Positions 35,291 to 46,528 of a DNA stretch of 56,035 nucleotides are shown piece after piece. The position numbers and the translations under genes are program-made. The DNA is from a virus (taxonomy: Duplodnaviria; Caudoviricetes). Position 1 is the stretch's first letter. Each line of letters starts with the position of its first letter. Location of the stretch: the IMG/VR virus record IMGVR_UViG_3300025098_000052, positions 1 through 56,035 of that record; one strand, 5' to 3'. Below the pieces are notes generated by a model. That model saw only the letters and a list, made by a program, of their open reading frames with translations, did not search any database and was not told the DNA's origin.

Positions 35291-38200
35291 ATTCGTATAT
35301 ATCTTTTAGATAATCGATGTAGTCCATGAAGTATTGAAGCTCCGAATACCCCATGTCATCTACGCTACCAGTAAAATTAAATCTTTCACGCATGACTTTG
35401 AATGCTTTAGTTCGTAGTTCTTTGTTACCATGCGAACTAGCCTTACGTTTTATGGCAAGTATTCTTTTCTCTGGAGGGCTATACTTCTTTAAAGAGTTTC
35501 TAACCTTACCCTTAACATCTGACAAGGTACTCTTTAACATAGCACGTTTACCAATTAGATCAGCATTTATAAAGTCAGGATCACGTAATAGTTTATCTGT
35601 TGCAGTTTCTAACACAGGAGCTAGTGTCTCGTTAAACACTGTATCGTAAGCAGCTATCTGTGACCTCTCACTGGCTGTCCAAGGTTGCATCTGAGCCATA
35701 GAGTATACTTTCTCTGTGGATGTACGACCAGGTTTTACAGTTATACCAAATAACTTTGCCATAGGATTAGCATCTTGTATCTTACCATCACGACTAGCTA
35801 CACGTAGCTCTTCACCTGTGATAGTTTCAGCTTTATCTGTAAATGCTTCTATTACATTGTCAAAGTATTTAGTAGCGTTTTGACTAAACAATTCTACACC
35901 GTAATCACCACCTGCCCTACGTTTATCCTTAGCTGCATCAGTGTCTGTAATAAAACCTGTTAGTTTATTTACGGCATCTAAAGGTCTTGTAAAACCTGCT
36001 ACATAATTACCTGAGAATTTAGCTATGGCATCAATACTTTTCTTTCTTGTTTCTACGTCTTGATTAAAGATTGTGTCAAGTATAGCAGTAATATCATTAC
36101 CAAACTGAGCATCACTAGCTAATTGACCTACCGCAATCTGTTCTCCAAATTCTTTTATAACTTCTTTTGGTACTTCTTCGCCTTGTACTAGACCTAAATT
36201 AAGAGCACGTCCTGCTGCTAACCAAAGTGAGAATGGATAGGTGTTACGTGCATCAACTATTGTACCGCCACCTGTGTCTATTTCAAATGTACCTAATTGT
36301 TTTTGTCTTCGCTCTTCATCATACCTCATAGCTGCACCTAGAGCAGTAACACCAACAAGACTTCTTGAGAAAGCTTCAACAGTTTCTATGTTTCTCTTTT
36401 CTTTTTTGGCTATAGCAGATGCTAATTGAACACCACCACCCACACTCCATTGATAAGATGTAGCTACGACATTATTAAAGAATCTACCAAAGGGTAAAAT
36501 TGTACCAAAGAAAGGTAGGTTTGAAATGTTCTCTGTAAACTTAGCAGCTAGTTTTAAATGTTGATCATCAGTGGTGTAATTCTTTGAAAATACAGATTTT
36601 AAAGTTGTGTCTAATGCACTACCTACAACGCTGTCATCTATTAAATCTATACTACCATCATTGAGAACTTCTTTTAGGCTCTTCTGCTTCTTAACTCTTA
36701 GAAATTTATCTAGCTCAGTCATAAACATCTGAGACTTAGTAAACGTATCTTGTACACGAACACCTGTCAAACGATTGGCTGCATTAGTAACAGCTTCTGT
36801 GTTTTTAAACCAAGCATTATTAGGATCTAGGTTAAACCTTTTACCAGATCTTTCTATACCACCAGTAATTGTTTCAAACAAAGTTTTTTCTACTTCTTTG
36901 TTCTGCGACAAGAAATCAATGTATGCGTCATGTGTAGTGTATGGGTCCATCAAGTTACGCATCTTCTGTGCCTGTATGTCTTTATACACATTAGCAACAC
37001 GTAATGCTTCTCGCCCACGCTTACTAAAATTACCACCCAACGCTAGTCCATAAGTTAAATTAAGTGATCCAGTAAATACATCAGCCATAGTTTGACCAAG
37101 ATAAAATTGAGAGAAACCTGCTACGTTGAGTGCAGTTGTTGCAGGTGAGGACACAAGCAACCTACGCCATACTGATTGGGTATAGCTGAATGGTCTTGCA
37201 GGTTTTGATTTACCTGTAGCTTTTGCTACCTCTTCCTCTATAGCATCTTTAGCTTGTGGGTTACGGACTAAATTAGCCATAGCGTTTTGACCATGTACAA
37301 CACCTGCGTCAATAGTCTTGCGAGTCTGTGACATTACATTACCAAGCTGCATACCATTACGCACCTTAGATGCAATCAAGTCACCTAGCTCCTGTGCTAT
37401 AGTTGTTGTGTCACCTAATGTATAACCTACTAAAGGTTGCATACGTTTAGATATAGACTGTAACTCAGCTTGGGGCATCTGCTTTAACACATTAGTCATA
37501 ACATCTGTGACACGTAGCTTCTTGTTTAGCTTCATACCATTGTCAGCAAACACTTTAGCTAGTCCACCCTTACCGTCTGGTCCTAACATAATGTCGTGAA
37601 GTAGTTCAGATGGCATCATCTGTGTTTGAAATAGATTATCGCCACGCTTCCACTTAGATTCCCAACTATCGAGTGTCTTATTAATGTGACTAGCTACACG
37701 TTTTACCTCACCTTTAGGTAGAGCAACGAGTGAGGCTGCTTCTATCTCAGCATCTAACTCAGCATTTCTTTTTGCTTTACGTAGCTGTAGATCTACATCT
37801 GATAAACCACTAGCTCCTTTAAACTTACCACCAACAAGCTGTGCACCACCGCCTACTGCACCAAGTAAAGAACTAAACCCAGTTTGTAATAAGCTGTACT
37901 CTTCCTGAGCACCTACATCTAACATTACGTTTTGTATTTGGTAATCATTAAGTACAGCAAAGGATGCGTCTAGTGCTGTGGTAGCATATAAAGATTTACG
38001 TATCCCTTCTTTACCAAGATCTGTTATAAACTCTTTCTGTGCTTGCTTCTTAGCGTTGTACAAGAAGTTTTCTTTTTCACGTAAAGCTACACGCTCTTTC
38101 AGCTTCTTAGCTGCACTACCCTTCACACCTTTTTCTACAAGGCGTTGAGCCATACGTTCTGCAGCTTCTTGAGATGCCTTTTGTGCTGCTTCTCTGGTAG

Positions 38201-38816
38201 CTCCTGACTTTATAGCTTTCTGTCCTGCCTCTATTGCAGTACGTTTAACTAATTGTTTTGCTCCTTCGTTTAAACCAAGAGCAGATGCTTTCCCAAGACC
38301 ACCTGTAAGTAAACCAAGATAGTTAGTAGGATCTGCAACTGCAGCACCTATGTAATCAAATACACCATCGACTGCACCAAGCAAACCATCATTTACAAAC
38401 ACATTACCTAGCTGATCGTACAACTTATAGGCATCACCTGCTATACGCTTATCATCCTCTGATGCATTTGTGATATGTCTAACTTCACCACTAGTACTAA
38501 TAATATTAGTATTGAACCTACGCATATGATTTACAAAGTCTTCTACTACATCTTTATCTGATGCGGTTTTGTAGTCTACACCTTTGCGAGAGATCATGTA
38601 GTTGCGAAGCTTTGACAAATTCTGTGGTTTATAGAAGTCTTTCTTTTTGAGAGTGCCACCCATATCTACTACGGTGTCTTCCTCTAGTGCTTCTTTTTTC
38701 TTGGCAACAGAATGCTTATTAAGAAACTCATTTGCATCTAAAAACTTAGGTTTATTATCAAATACTTCTTGGTTTTGCTTTAATGCATCATACATTTCTT
38801 GTGCTGTACTACTCAT
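35289..38816 (-). CDS. Large internal virion (ejection) protein
   Basis: 1175 aa, helical, last gene of the structural arm. Confidence 0.6.
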   Translation of the reverse strand: MSSTAQEMYDALKQNQEVFDNKPKFLDANEFLNKHSVAKKKEALEEDTVVDMGGTLKKKDFYKPQNLSKLRNYMISRKGVDYKTASDKDVVEDFVNHMRRFNTNIISTSGEVRHITNASEDDKRIAGDAYKLYDQLGNVFVNDGLLGAVDGVFDYIGAAVADPTNYLGLLTGGLGKASALGLNEGAKQLVKRTAIEAGQKAIKSGATREAAQKASQEAAERMAQRLVEKGVKGSAAKKLKERVALREKENFLYNAKKQAQKEFITDLGKEGIRKSLYATTALDASFAVLNDYQIQNVMLDVGAQEEYSLLQTGFSSLLGAVGGGAQLVGGKFKGASGLSDVDLQLRKAKRNAELDAEIEAASLVALPKGEVKRVASHINKTLDSWESKWKRGDNLFQTQMMPSELLHDIMLGPDGKGGLAKVFADNGMKLNKKLRVTDVMTNVLKQMPQAELQSISKRMQPLVGYTLGDTTTIAQELGDLIASKVRNGMQLGNVMSQTRKTIDAGVVHGQNAMANLVRNPQAKDAIEEEVAKATGKSKPARPFSYTQSVWRRLLVSSPATTALNVAGFSQFYLGQTMADVFTGSLNLTYGLALGGNFSKRGREALRVANVYKDIQAQKMRNLMDPYTTHDAYIDFLSQNKEVEKTLFETITGGIERSGKRFNLDPNNAWFKNTEAVTNAANRLTGVRVQDTFTKSQMFMTELDKFLRVKKQKSLKEVLNDGSIDLIDDSVVGSALDTTLKSVFSKNYTTDDQHLKLAAKFTENISNLPFFGTILPFGRFFNNVVATSYQWSVGGGVQLASAIAKKEKRNIETVEAFSRSLVGVTALGAAMRYDEERRQKQLGTFEIDTGGGTIVDARNTYPFSLWLAAGRALNLGLVQGEEVPKEVIKEFGEQIAVGQLASDAQFGNDITAILDTIFNQDVETRKKSIDAIAKFSGNYVAGFTRPLDAVNKLTGFITDTDAAKDKRRAGGDYGVELFSQNATKYFDNVIEAFTDKAETITGEELRVASRDGKIQDANPMAKLFGITVKPGRTSTEKVYSMAQMQPWTASERSQIAAYDTVFNETLAPVLETATDKLLRDPDFINADLIGKRAMLKSTLSDVKGKVRNSLKKYSPPEKRILAIKRKASSHGNKELRTKAFKVMRERFNFTGSVDDMGYSELQYFMDYIDYLKDIYE

Positions 38817-40708
38817 TCTGCTAATCCCTTTTTCATCATAAAGATCAAGAAGTTCATATTAAATGGTAGCACCTTATTGTTTTCATCTGCCCATCTAGAA
38901 AGCTGATAATACAACTGCATATCATCAAGAGGTTCACTACCTGCATTCTCTACGATGTATTCAAAGATGTCATCACCACTCTCGTTTAGAAGCTGTAAGT
39001 CTAATTCTGTTATGCTTCCTGTGTCCATACCCTCTTCTATATCTTCTTGGGTAACACCAAAGCGTTCCATTGTTTTCTGTCGTAAGCTTAACTTAGGGCG
39101 TGGCTTAGGACGCTTACTCATTAAACCTGAAGGTTCTTCATCTTCACTTTCTTCTTCCTGTGCTGAACCTATTGCTGCACTATCAAAACCTGACGGTGGT
39201 AATGCGCTGTCTACTGGCCCTTCAAAGTTAGGCTCTTGATCTTGTCCTTTTTCTACTGGCTTAACTTCTTCAAGCCTCTTACCTGTTTCAGGATCATGGG
39301 TAGCACCAAATAGTTCATCCCACTCATCAACCCTCAATGGGTTCCTACCTGTAGGTATAGCCATCTCACCATTCTTTATTTTTTCTCTTGTCTCAGCGTC
39401 TAGTGAGAAACCTTGCAACCTGCTTCTAATAGCATTTGGCCTTTTAGGTACACCATAAATTGTTTTACCATCTACTACGTAGTAAGTTTTTTCAGTACCT
39501 ACTACCTCTTCCTTAATTACTTCAGGTACATAAGACTCAAAGCTATTATATACCGTCTGTGCACCTTCTGCATCAAATTCACCTGCATCTGTAGTAGCCC
39601 CAGTTATAATACCGTTTTCGTCTAACTGAAAAGTAACTTCTACAGCATTGCCGTCTGCATCATCTATAACGTTTTTGTTAGATATAGTAACCGTATTACC
39701 ACTCTTAACTACTTTACTACCTTTCATATCAACTTCAGTATCATCTAATAAAGCACTTGTTTGTTCAGTGATTGCAGTAGATACATCACTTGATAGACTA
39801 TTGTAGTAGTCATCTCCCATATGTACTCGCATTAAATCTTCTAAGCCTGTAATAGCTTTAGTGCCATATGTAGTAATAGCTTGATCAAAGATAGAGCCGA
39901 AGTTTTGTGCGTGTTTATCTTTAACTATTTTTAGAGCAGCATTACGCTCCCTTATCTCATCTTTAAGTGGTGTAGTAGGTGAAATATCTTCTAATGTCTT
40001 ACGTGCTGAAGCATAAGCAGAATCACTTTCTTCTAATACTTTTATCTTTGTAAGGATGTCAGATTCAACACTCATACGTGCATCATTATCAAAGCGTTTA
40101 AAGTCTGCAAATGTAGCAAAGGTAGAAGGTATTACAGCTTTGTAGTCAGTTAATGCAGCCAATTCATTTATGTCAGCAGCAGTGTATCCTTCGTATATAG
40201 CACTACTATCTAGTTTACCCTTGGTTCTAATCATTGCTGCATCACCAGTTAGACGATCCCAGAATCCTATCTCAGGTGTTTCAGATACACCTTTGTTTGG
40301 TGAGTATAAACCATAGGATCTACGTACATACTCATCCAACTCCATGTTTACAGGAGAGAAGTTTTCAGGCATACGTATAATGCTCTCTACATCTGTGCTT
40401 GTTAGAGGTTTACCGTCCTGTGCGTCTACAGCTTCTTTTACTTTTACAGCTAGTTCAGATATAGCGTTAGGACCAGAGGCAATAGCAGCCTGTATCTGAT
40501 CATTAGATACACCGTTATCACTAAGCATCTGAGTCAAACCCATAACTTTATTTACTGTAGCATTACGTTCAGATATTTTTAGAAGATTACGCTTGGCTAG
40601 GTCATCTTGTTCTAAACCGTAGGCACGAGCCTCTGCTTTCTTTTCTTTTATGTTTGCTGCAGTCTCTTCCATAAAGCCTTCAGCGAAAGCCATCCAATCG
40701 AATCCCAT
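38813..40708 (-). CDS. Putative internal virion protein
   Basis: 631 aa, acidic; MGFDW.AFA.GF start. Confidence 0.55.
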   Translation of the reverse strand: MGFDWMAFAEGFMEETAANIKEKKAEARAYGLEQDDLAKRNLLKISERNATVNKVMGLTQMLSDNGVSNDQIQAAIASGPNAISELAVKVKEAVDAQDGKPLTSTDVESIIRMPENFSPVNMELDEYVRRSYGLYSPNKGVSETPEIGFWDRLTGDAAMIRTKGKLDSSAIYEGYTAADINELAALTDYKAVIPSTFATFADFKRFDNDARMSVESDILTKIKVLEESDSAYASARKTLEDISPTTPLKDEIRERNAALKIVKDKHAQNFGSIFDQAITTYGTKAITGLEDLMRVHMGDDYYNSLSSDVSTAITEQTSALLDDTEVDMKGSKVVKSGNTVTISNKNVIDDADGNAVEVTFQLDENGIITGATTDAGEFDAEGAQTVYNSFESYVPEVIKEEVVGTEKTYYVVDGKTIYGVPKRPNAIRSRLQGFSLDAETREKIKNGEMAIPTGRNPLRVDEWDELFGATHDPETGKRLEEVKPVEKGQDQEPNFEGPVDSALPPSGFDSAAIGSAQEEESEDEEPSGLMSKRPKPRPKLSLRQKTMERFGVTQEDIEEGMDTGSITELDLQLLNESGDDIFEYIVENAGSEPLDDMQLYYQLSRWADENNKVLPFNMNFLIFMMKKGLAE

Positions 40709-40709
40709 C

Positions 40710-41264
40710 TTAAAGCTCCTTCGCCATTAAACCTTTGGGTTCAGCAGGTTCGCTTACTTCCATACCTTCATCTGCAACTGCTTCTACACTCTCATCATTT
40801 AGCGTTGTTTGAATCTCTTGTAGTAACGCTACACCAGGGTCTTCAGCTTCTTTATCTGTGTCAGCCATTGCTAACTCTATTGCAGTCTGTAGCCTCTGCT
40901 TCTCTTTTTCTTTTATCTCTTCTTCTGGGCTAACAATATCATCACGAACCTTAATGCCGTAGCTTGTCATTGCAGCTTTTATAAATGCGTGAACTACTGG
41001 TGCAACAATAATACTTACATCAATAGAGTGCCTACCGTTCATAACACCTGTAGTAAGTAGTGTTTTTACGAAAGGTGCTACAGGCATACCGCCACCAAAT
41101 AGTACGGATAGATCATCCATAACATCATCGTCAGCTAATTTGTTTATGTAAAAACGTGTAGCATCCTCAGTGTCTGCCATCTCAGGAGGATTCTCCCAAG
41201 GCCAGTTCTTAGGTTGATCAGTTAATGACTGACCTGGTATCGGTGCTTCAAGAAATGATGCCAT
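40710..41264 (-). CDS. Conserved virion-associated protein
   Basis: APIPGQSLT..PKN.PWENPP motif; C-terminal KGLM. Confidence 0.6.
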   Translation of the reverse strand: MASFLEAPIPGQSLTDQPKNWPWENPPEMADTEDATRFYINKLADDDVMDDLSVLFGGGMPVAPFVKTLLTTGVMNGRHSIDVSIIVAPVVHAFIKAAMTSYGIKVRDDIVSPEEEIKEKEKQRLQTAIELAMADTDKEAEDPGVALLQEIQTTLNDESVEAVADEGMEVSEPAEPKGLMAKEL

Positions 41265-41275
41265 ATTATATTATC

Positions 41276-41719
41276 CTATTTAGTAAAACCTGCGCCAAAG
41301 TATAGTCCTACTATGGCTGATACAATGTGTGTGTCTAGTGGTGTGATTACAAAACCTTGTGCCATCTTCCACTGTATAGCTTCATCTGGTCCAAACAACC
41401 AGTTCATAAAACCACCAGTTGCTTCAGTATATCCTACATATACGCTAACTTCAGGATACCATACAGCGACTAGCTTTGGCAATACAATTATAGAGAACAC
41501 AGCAGATAAAGCTATAAGCCTACGTGTCCATGCAAAGTGTGAATCATTCTTACCTGCGTCACGAGCATCCTTAACTGCAGACCTCCTGAAGTTAGCACGT
41601 TCCATGAGCATGTCATTCTGTGCTTGCTTAGACTTTATTGACTGACCCCATATAGACATTACTCCACCAAGTATGGTAGAGAAAAGCATGGTGATTAGTT
41701 CTAGTGGTAATCCAAACAT
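41276..41719 (-). CDS. Holin-like 3-TM membrane protein
   Basis: Three hydrophobic segments, IVGLYFG C-terminus, adjacent to the lysozyme gene. Confidence 0.5.
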   Translation of the reverse strand: MFGLPLELITMLFSTILGGVMSIWGQSIKSKQAQNDMLMERANFRRSAVKDARDAGKNDSHFAWTRRLIALSAVFSIIVLPKLVAVWYPEVSVYVGYTEATGGFMNWLFGPDEAIQWKMAQGFVITPLDTHIVSAIVGLYFGAGFTK

Positions 41720-41720
41720 T

Positions 41721-42869
41721 TTATAAAATTATCTCTTCATCTAAGGTGTCTGTTTGATTTGGTTTATTAGGTATATTTCCAGAATGTAAACTTCTATCTG
41801 AAGTATAAGTCTCTACAATCTCACCTGATTCTGTTTGCCATTCAAATGTAGGACTAGCTCTAGTTCCTGAAACTACTACTTTATGTATAGGCGTCCAATC
41901 ATCTAGATTTTCACCTATCATGTTAGCTTCTTTAGCTCTTCTCATTGAAAGACCAGAAGAAGAGTTGCCTTGTGTATGTATAGCATCTCTCATTTCAGAT
42001 ATAAATTCTTCCATATCGTTTTCTTCTAGAGCCTCTTTCTGCCTTGGCCCAAATACTCCTGTATTCCACAAGTAGCTCATTAGAGCTATGTGATGCTTTT
42101 CATCTACAGCAGAAAATACTTCTCTATTAGCAGCTTTCTTTTCTTTTACATATTTATCTGAAAATGCAATAGCAAAATCTTCCATAGTTTCAAACTGAGA
42201 AGGCTCTAAATTATACTCATCTGCCTTTTCCTCTGTAATTCCATAACTATAAGTAGGAATGTCAGTTAAAGTATCACCTCCTAAACCCTCTAAAACTCTT
42301 AAATCATCTACTAATTTTTTATTAAACTCATCATTATATTTTATAGCTTCGTCAATCGGGCTAAAACCTGGTTCTCTTATAGGACTACCTAGACCACCTG
42401 TAGGTACATCATCTAAGTTAGGCTGATTGTCTTGGGCTTCCCCAACAGTATCATCATCAGTACTACTATCAGTATCTTCTCCATCTGTAGTCTCCTCCTC
42501 TGTATCATCAAATGTTTTAGTCGGTATCTCTAGTAGTTTAGAATCACCTAATATCTTATCTACCTCTACATCAACTGCTTCTCGACTTAACATACCTGTC
42601 AAACCATAAGGTTTCATAACATCAGCATAAGACTTTAGTACTTCAGTAGATATACCATCTCTGTCTGTCTCTTCAGGTATAAGAACTTTAGCAGCCTCTT
42701 CGTCACTAGAAAAATACTTAGACAAAGACTCAAATATATTTTGGTAGAAATCGTCATCTGTATCTTCGTCTATCTTAGAAGCAATACTTTTATTTTGTTT
42801 CTTTGTTAGACTATCACGTAGTTCCTTTGCTTGAGGAACCCAGTTCATTTTATACTTTATGTCTACCAT
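41721..42869 (-). CDS. Protein with C-terminal GH24/T4-lysozyme-like domain
   Basis: LEG...DIPTYSYGI, ALMSYLWNTG, GLSMRRAKEA. Confidence 0.65.
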   Translation of the reverse strand: MVDIKYKMNWVPQAKELRDSLTKKQNKSIASKIDEDTDDDFYQNIFESLSKYFSSDEEAAKVLIPEETDRDGISTEVLKSYADVMKPYGLTGMLSREAVDVEVDKILGDSKLLEIPTKTFDDTEEETTDGEDTDSSTDDDTVGEAQDNQPNLDDVPTGGLGSPIREPGFSPIDEAIKYNDEFNKKLVDDLRVLEGLGGDTLTDIPTYSYGITEEKADEYNLEPSQFETMEDFAIAFSDKYVKEKKAANREVFSAVDEKHHIALMSYLWNTGVFGPRQKEALEENDMEEFISEMRDAIHTQGNSSSGLSMRRAKEANMIGENLDDWTPIHKVVVSGTRASPTFEWQTESGEIVETYTSDRSLHSGNIPNKPNQTDTLDEEIIL

Positions 42870-42870
42870 A

Positions 42871-45800
42871 TTAACTTCCTACTATTGCGCCAATAATTGT
42901 ACCTGCTGCTTTAGCAAATGATGCACTCTTTGCAGCAGCGGCTGTGTCTTTATCTGCTTCATTCTGCAAGTTTTGTACTGCTATGCTAGTGGCACGATCA
43001 GCGTTATTGTTAGCTGTTTGAAATGCAAAGCTCATAATATCACGCTCACGTTGCCATATCTGACCCATGTTTGTTTCTGTAAGTCCGTTGATAGTACGAG
43101 CATATGTTGCATTACTTTCATTCAATGCTGCAGTGTTCATAGTAGCAATGTTTTGTCTCCACTGTGCATTAGACTGAGCAATTACAAGACCGTTCTGTGC
43201 ATTGAATAAGTCACGCTGTTGTTGTAACTCCGAATTAAACTCACGCAATGCATTAACACTATTGACGTTAAATTGATCCATAGCATTCTGTTGAGTAGAG
43301 TTAAACTGAGATACCTGTGAAGTAAGAGATGAAAAGAATTGCTTAGTTTGATTATCACTTGTAGCGTTAAACTGTGCAGCCGCATTACCTGCAGCAACAT
43401 CTGTAAGTATAGCGTTAACGTTTTGCTGTGTCTTAAACATTGCAGTCTGTTGCTCATTGGATAAGTTAGTCATGTCCATTTGCAAGAAGTTCTGTGCATT
43501 CTGTACAGCAGCTTGTTGTCTATTGTTGAGGTTAGCCATATCAAGTTGTGATAATGCAGCAGCCTCAGCCATTACCATAGCTTGAGAGTTAGTCAAGTTA
43601 GATAGAGACATTGTGTTAGATGCACGAGCATTCTCTAAAGCTATTTGTTGATCAGCATTAAAGTTCATGTTTGCTATATCACCAATGCGTGAAGCGTTAG
43701 CTACACGAGCTTGGAATGCTTGGTCAAACTCTTGCCCTATAAATGATGCACGTTGTTGTGCAGCAAGCATAGCACGTTGCTGTCTGTTAGACAAGTTCTG
43801 TCCTTCAAACTGCGCCTGTACCTGAGCATCCATTTGAGCAATAGGTAGTGCAGCTTCCATTGCAGCTTGAACCACAGCTTGACCTGCAAGACTAGACGCA
43901 CCAAGACCACGAGCAGAGAGTGTAGCCATTGCGGTACGCATAGATCCTGCAGCCCAAGCAGGTGTCTCACCACCCTCAAAGTCAGCCATTAAATCTTCTA
44001 GCTGACCTGCAACTGTAGCTTTCTTAGTTGGTGTAGCTGTAGCTGCATCTATCTGTTCTGCAAACTTAGAAGCAGTTTCTGCATTAGCTGCACCTGATAT
44101 TATTTCACCATCCTGTATCTGTCTTTGTACAGGATTGTTTATCATGGTAGCTGTACCTTGAGCGGCTTCTATGCCTGACACAGATGTTTGTAATTGTTGT
44201 GCAGCATCTATCTGAGCCTGTTCAGATACTTCACCTTCTACAGCTTGTAATTCACCAGTTTGAGCTTGCACCTGTGGGGATGAAGCACCTGAAACCATAA
44301 AAGTAGCAGGTCTAGTCATAGGCATACCTGCCTGTGCAGTAGATGGTACTGTAGCAGATTGTGCAAAAGGTGCTATAGGATATGCTTGCCCTGCACCAGT
44401 AGGTGTAAAGTCAGCAGCTTGTGGTACTAACATCTGCACGTTAGACTGTAGCGGCTGCATAGTTTGTTGTATAGCACCACGCTGCATTGCAGCTAACTTT
44501 TGTTGATAAGGATCACCAGGAGCACTTAGTCCAGACACCCCTGATAGCTGATTTGCAGCATCTACAAACGTACCTGACTGAGCAAACACTGTACCCTTCT
44601 GTGTCATCTTGTTACGCAAAGCTGTACGGTACTTACCCATCTTAGCTGCAGCAGCAGGGTTAGACTCTAAGAACTTCTCTAAATCAGTACCCTTAAAGCC
44701 AAGGAACTTAGCTGCCATAGTCTTCTCAGCTTCTACTAAGCCACCTGACTCATATCCTTGGATGTATGCACCCTGTGCAGCAGATGTAACTTTCTGGAAT
44801 CCTGGAGGAATAACACCAATAGGACTACCGTTTATTTCGGTCATCCGTAATTGTTGATCAGTTAACGGATTTTGATATACAACTTGCTGTACCCCACCTA
44901 CGCCTTGAGAAGGGCTAGTAAGGTTAGCCATATTTGTACCAGTGTAATCTGTCTGTGTAGTAATTGTCTGTGGAACAGCAGAAAGATTTGCAGTCTGTGA
45001 TGGTAAGTTAAAGGTTCCAGATACAGCGGCTTGAGGGGATGTTCCTGTGCTTGAAGAACCTAAAGCAGGTAGAGCAGTATCAAACGTTTGTTGTACTTGT
45101 TGTGTATCATACGTTACAGGGGCAGACCCTGATGTACTAAACGTTTGTGCAGTTCCTACACCACTGTTTAGACCTGAGTAATCAACTGATTGATCAAGCC
45201 CTGTAAAATCTTGTGCACCCATCCCCCCTGAGCCAGGTGCAGCATCTAACCCCGATGTATTTGTAATTATTTTATCTTCAAGAGGTTTCATATTTAAGAA
45301 ATCGTAGTTGTTTAAAAACTCAAACCCTTTACGGTAATCATTATAGTACTTTTGGTAATTAGAAAATACATCACCTTGTACAATACCTTGTATTTGAGTA
45401 GGGTCTACAAACAACGAAGAAAGGGTTTGTCCAGTTAAGCTACTAGTATTACCTGCAATACCTGTCATTATGGGTTGCCCATTGACCATACTAAATTTTA
45501 CAGCACCTCTAGCATAACCTTGAAATGCACCTGACTCTGCATCCCAATTAGGCTGTCCTACTTGATAGCTTTGTATGTTAGCAACACCAACAGCATTTAC
45601 AAAAGCATCTGAGCTATGTGCAGACACCGCAAGCAACATACCGAAGTTTCTATTGTCTTGTATACCACCAATTGCGCCTAATAAATTATTAGCTGTAGCT
45701 TCACGAGCTTGATCCCAAGACTCTACGCCATACTGTAAAGCAAAGGAGTTTTTTAATGCTTGACTACTCTTGTCTAAGATACCTAGCATGGTATCCTTAC

Positions 45801-46518
45801 TCATAACGTAATTACCTGTACGCATCAAGAATGCTTCAGCTTCGTTGGCAGCGCCTATAGGTAGCCCAGTTTCTGAGTCTATAAAACCGCCACCATCGTC
45901 TTGTCCTGTTTGTACATAATGATTGTAAGACTGTATATAAGTAGCTATCTGTGCCTCAGTATTATTATCAGCAATTGCTCCTATATTACCATATATAGAA
46001 TCCCAAGCTGATATAGCAGCATTACGTTCCTCTATATATATCTCAGCTTTCTTTATTGCGTCAGCTATTTCACTAGCTGTATTCCCAACCTTAGAGTATA
46101 TTTTAGTACCATCAGATAGTACAACATAACTAGCTTTATCTCCTTTTAAACCTAAGAAACCACTCCTGCCATGACCTACAGCAGAGTCTGGATCAAATGT
46201 AAGTTCATCAGGGCGATCTGGTGTAAAGCCAGTTTCAGAACTGTCAGAATAAGAGGCTGCTTGCTGCGATCCAAAACCTTGCTGACCTGAATCATTTAGT
46301 TGAGATATTTGATCAGCATATGCTATTTGATGCGAACCAATTATATCCATACCAATACGATCAGATTGAATAGTAGCTATGTTGTACCTATCTGATATTG
46401 AGTTAGTTATCTGTTCTACAGTACCTGTTTGAACTGACCCATCAGAATACTTAACTATGTTCATACCATCAGATGTTTGGATGATATGTGCTGTAGGTTT
46501 ATTATTATTTTCTACCAT
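42871..46518 (-). CDS. Large Gln/Ala/Asn-rich internal virion protein
   Basis: 1215 aa; RGLGASSLAG, PIAQ.DA, N...QFN repeats. Confidence 0.6.
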   Translation of the reverse strand: MVENNNKPTAHIIQTSDGMNIVKYSDGSVQTGTVEQITNSISDRYNIATIQSDRIGMDIIGSHQIAYADQISQLNDSGQQGFGSQQAASYSDSSETGFTPDRPDELTFDPDSAVGHGRSGFLGLKGDKASYVVLSDGTKIYSKVGNTASEIADAIKKAEIYIEERNAAISAWDSIYGNIGAIADNNTEAQIATYIQSYNHYVQTGQDDGGGFIDSETGLPIGAANEAEAFLMRTGNYVMSKDTMLGILDKSSQALKNSFALQYGVESWDQAREATANNLLGAIGGIQDNRNFGMLLAVSAHSSDAFVNAVGVANIQSYQVGQPNWDAESGAFQGYARGAVKFSMVNGQPIMTGIAGNTSSLTGQTLSSLFVDPTQIQGIVQGDVFSNYQKYYNDYRKGFEFLNNYDFLNMKPLEDKIITNTSGLDAAPGSGGMGAQDFTGLDQSVDYSGLNSGVGTAQTFSTSGSAPVTYDTQQVQQTFDTALPALGSSSTGTSPQAAVSGTFNLPSQTANLSAVPQTITTQTDYTGTNMANLTSPSQGVGGVQQVVYQNPLTDQQLRMTEINGSPIGVIPPGFQKVTSAAQGAYIQGYESGGLVEAEKTMAAKFLGFKGTDLEKFLESNPAAAAKMGKYRTALRNKMTQKGTVFAQSGTFVDAANQLSGVSGLSAPGDPYQQKLAAMQRGAIQQTMQPLQSNVQMLVPQAADFTPTGAGQAYPIAPFAQSATVPSTAQAGMPMTRPATFMVSGASSPQVQAQTGELQAVEGEVSEQAQIDAAQQLQTSVSGIEAAQGTATMINNPVQRQIQDGEIISGAANAETASKFAEQIDAATATPTKKATVAGQLEDLMADFEGGETPAWAAGSMRTAMATLSARGLGASSLAGQAVVQAAMEAALPIAQMDAQVQAQFEGQNLSNRQQRAMLAAQQRASFIGQEFDQAFQARVANASRIGDIANMNFNADQQIALENARASNTMSLSNLTNSQAMVMAEAAALSQLDMANLNNRQQAAVQNAQNFLQMDMTNLSNEQQTAMFKTQQNVNAILTDVAAGNAAAQFNATSDNQTKQFFSSLTSQVSQFNSTQQNAMDQFNVNSVNALREFNSELQQQRDLFNAQNGLVIAQSNAQWRQNIATMNTAALNESNATYARTINGLTETNMGQIWQRERDIMSFAFQTANNNADRATSIAVQNLQNEADKDTAAAAKSASFAKAAGTIIGAIVGS

Positions 46519-46528
46519 ACTCTATTCC

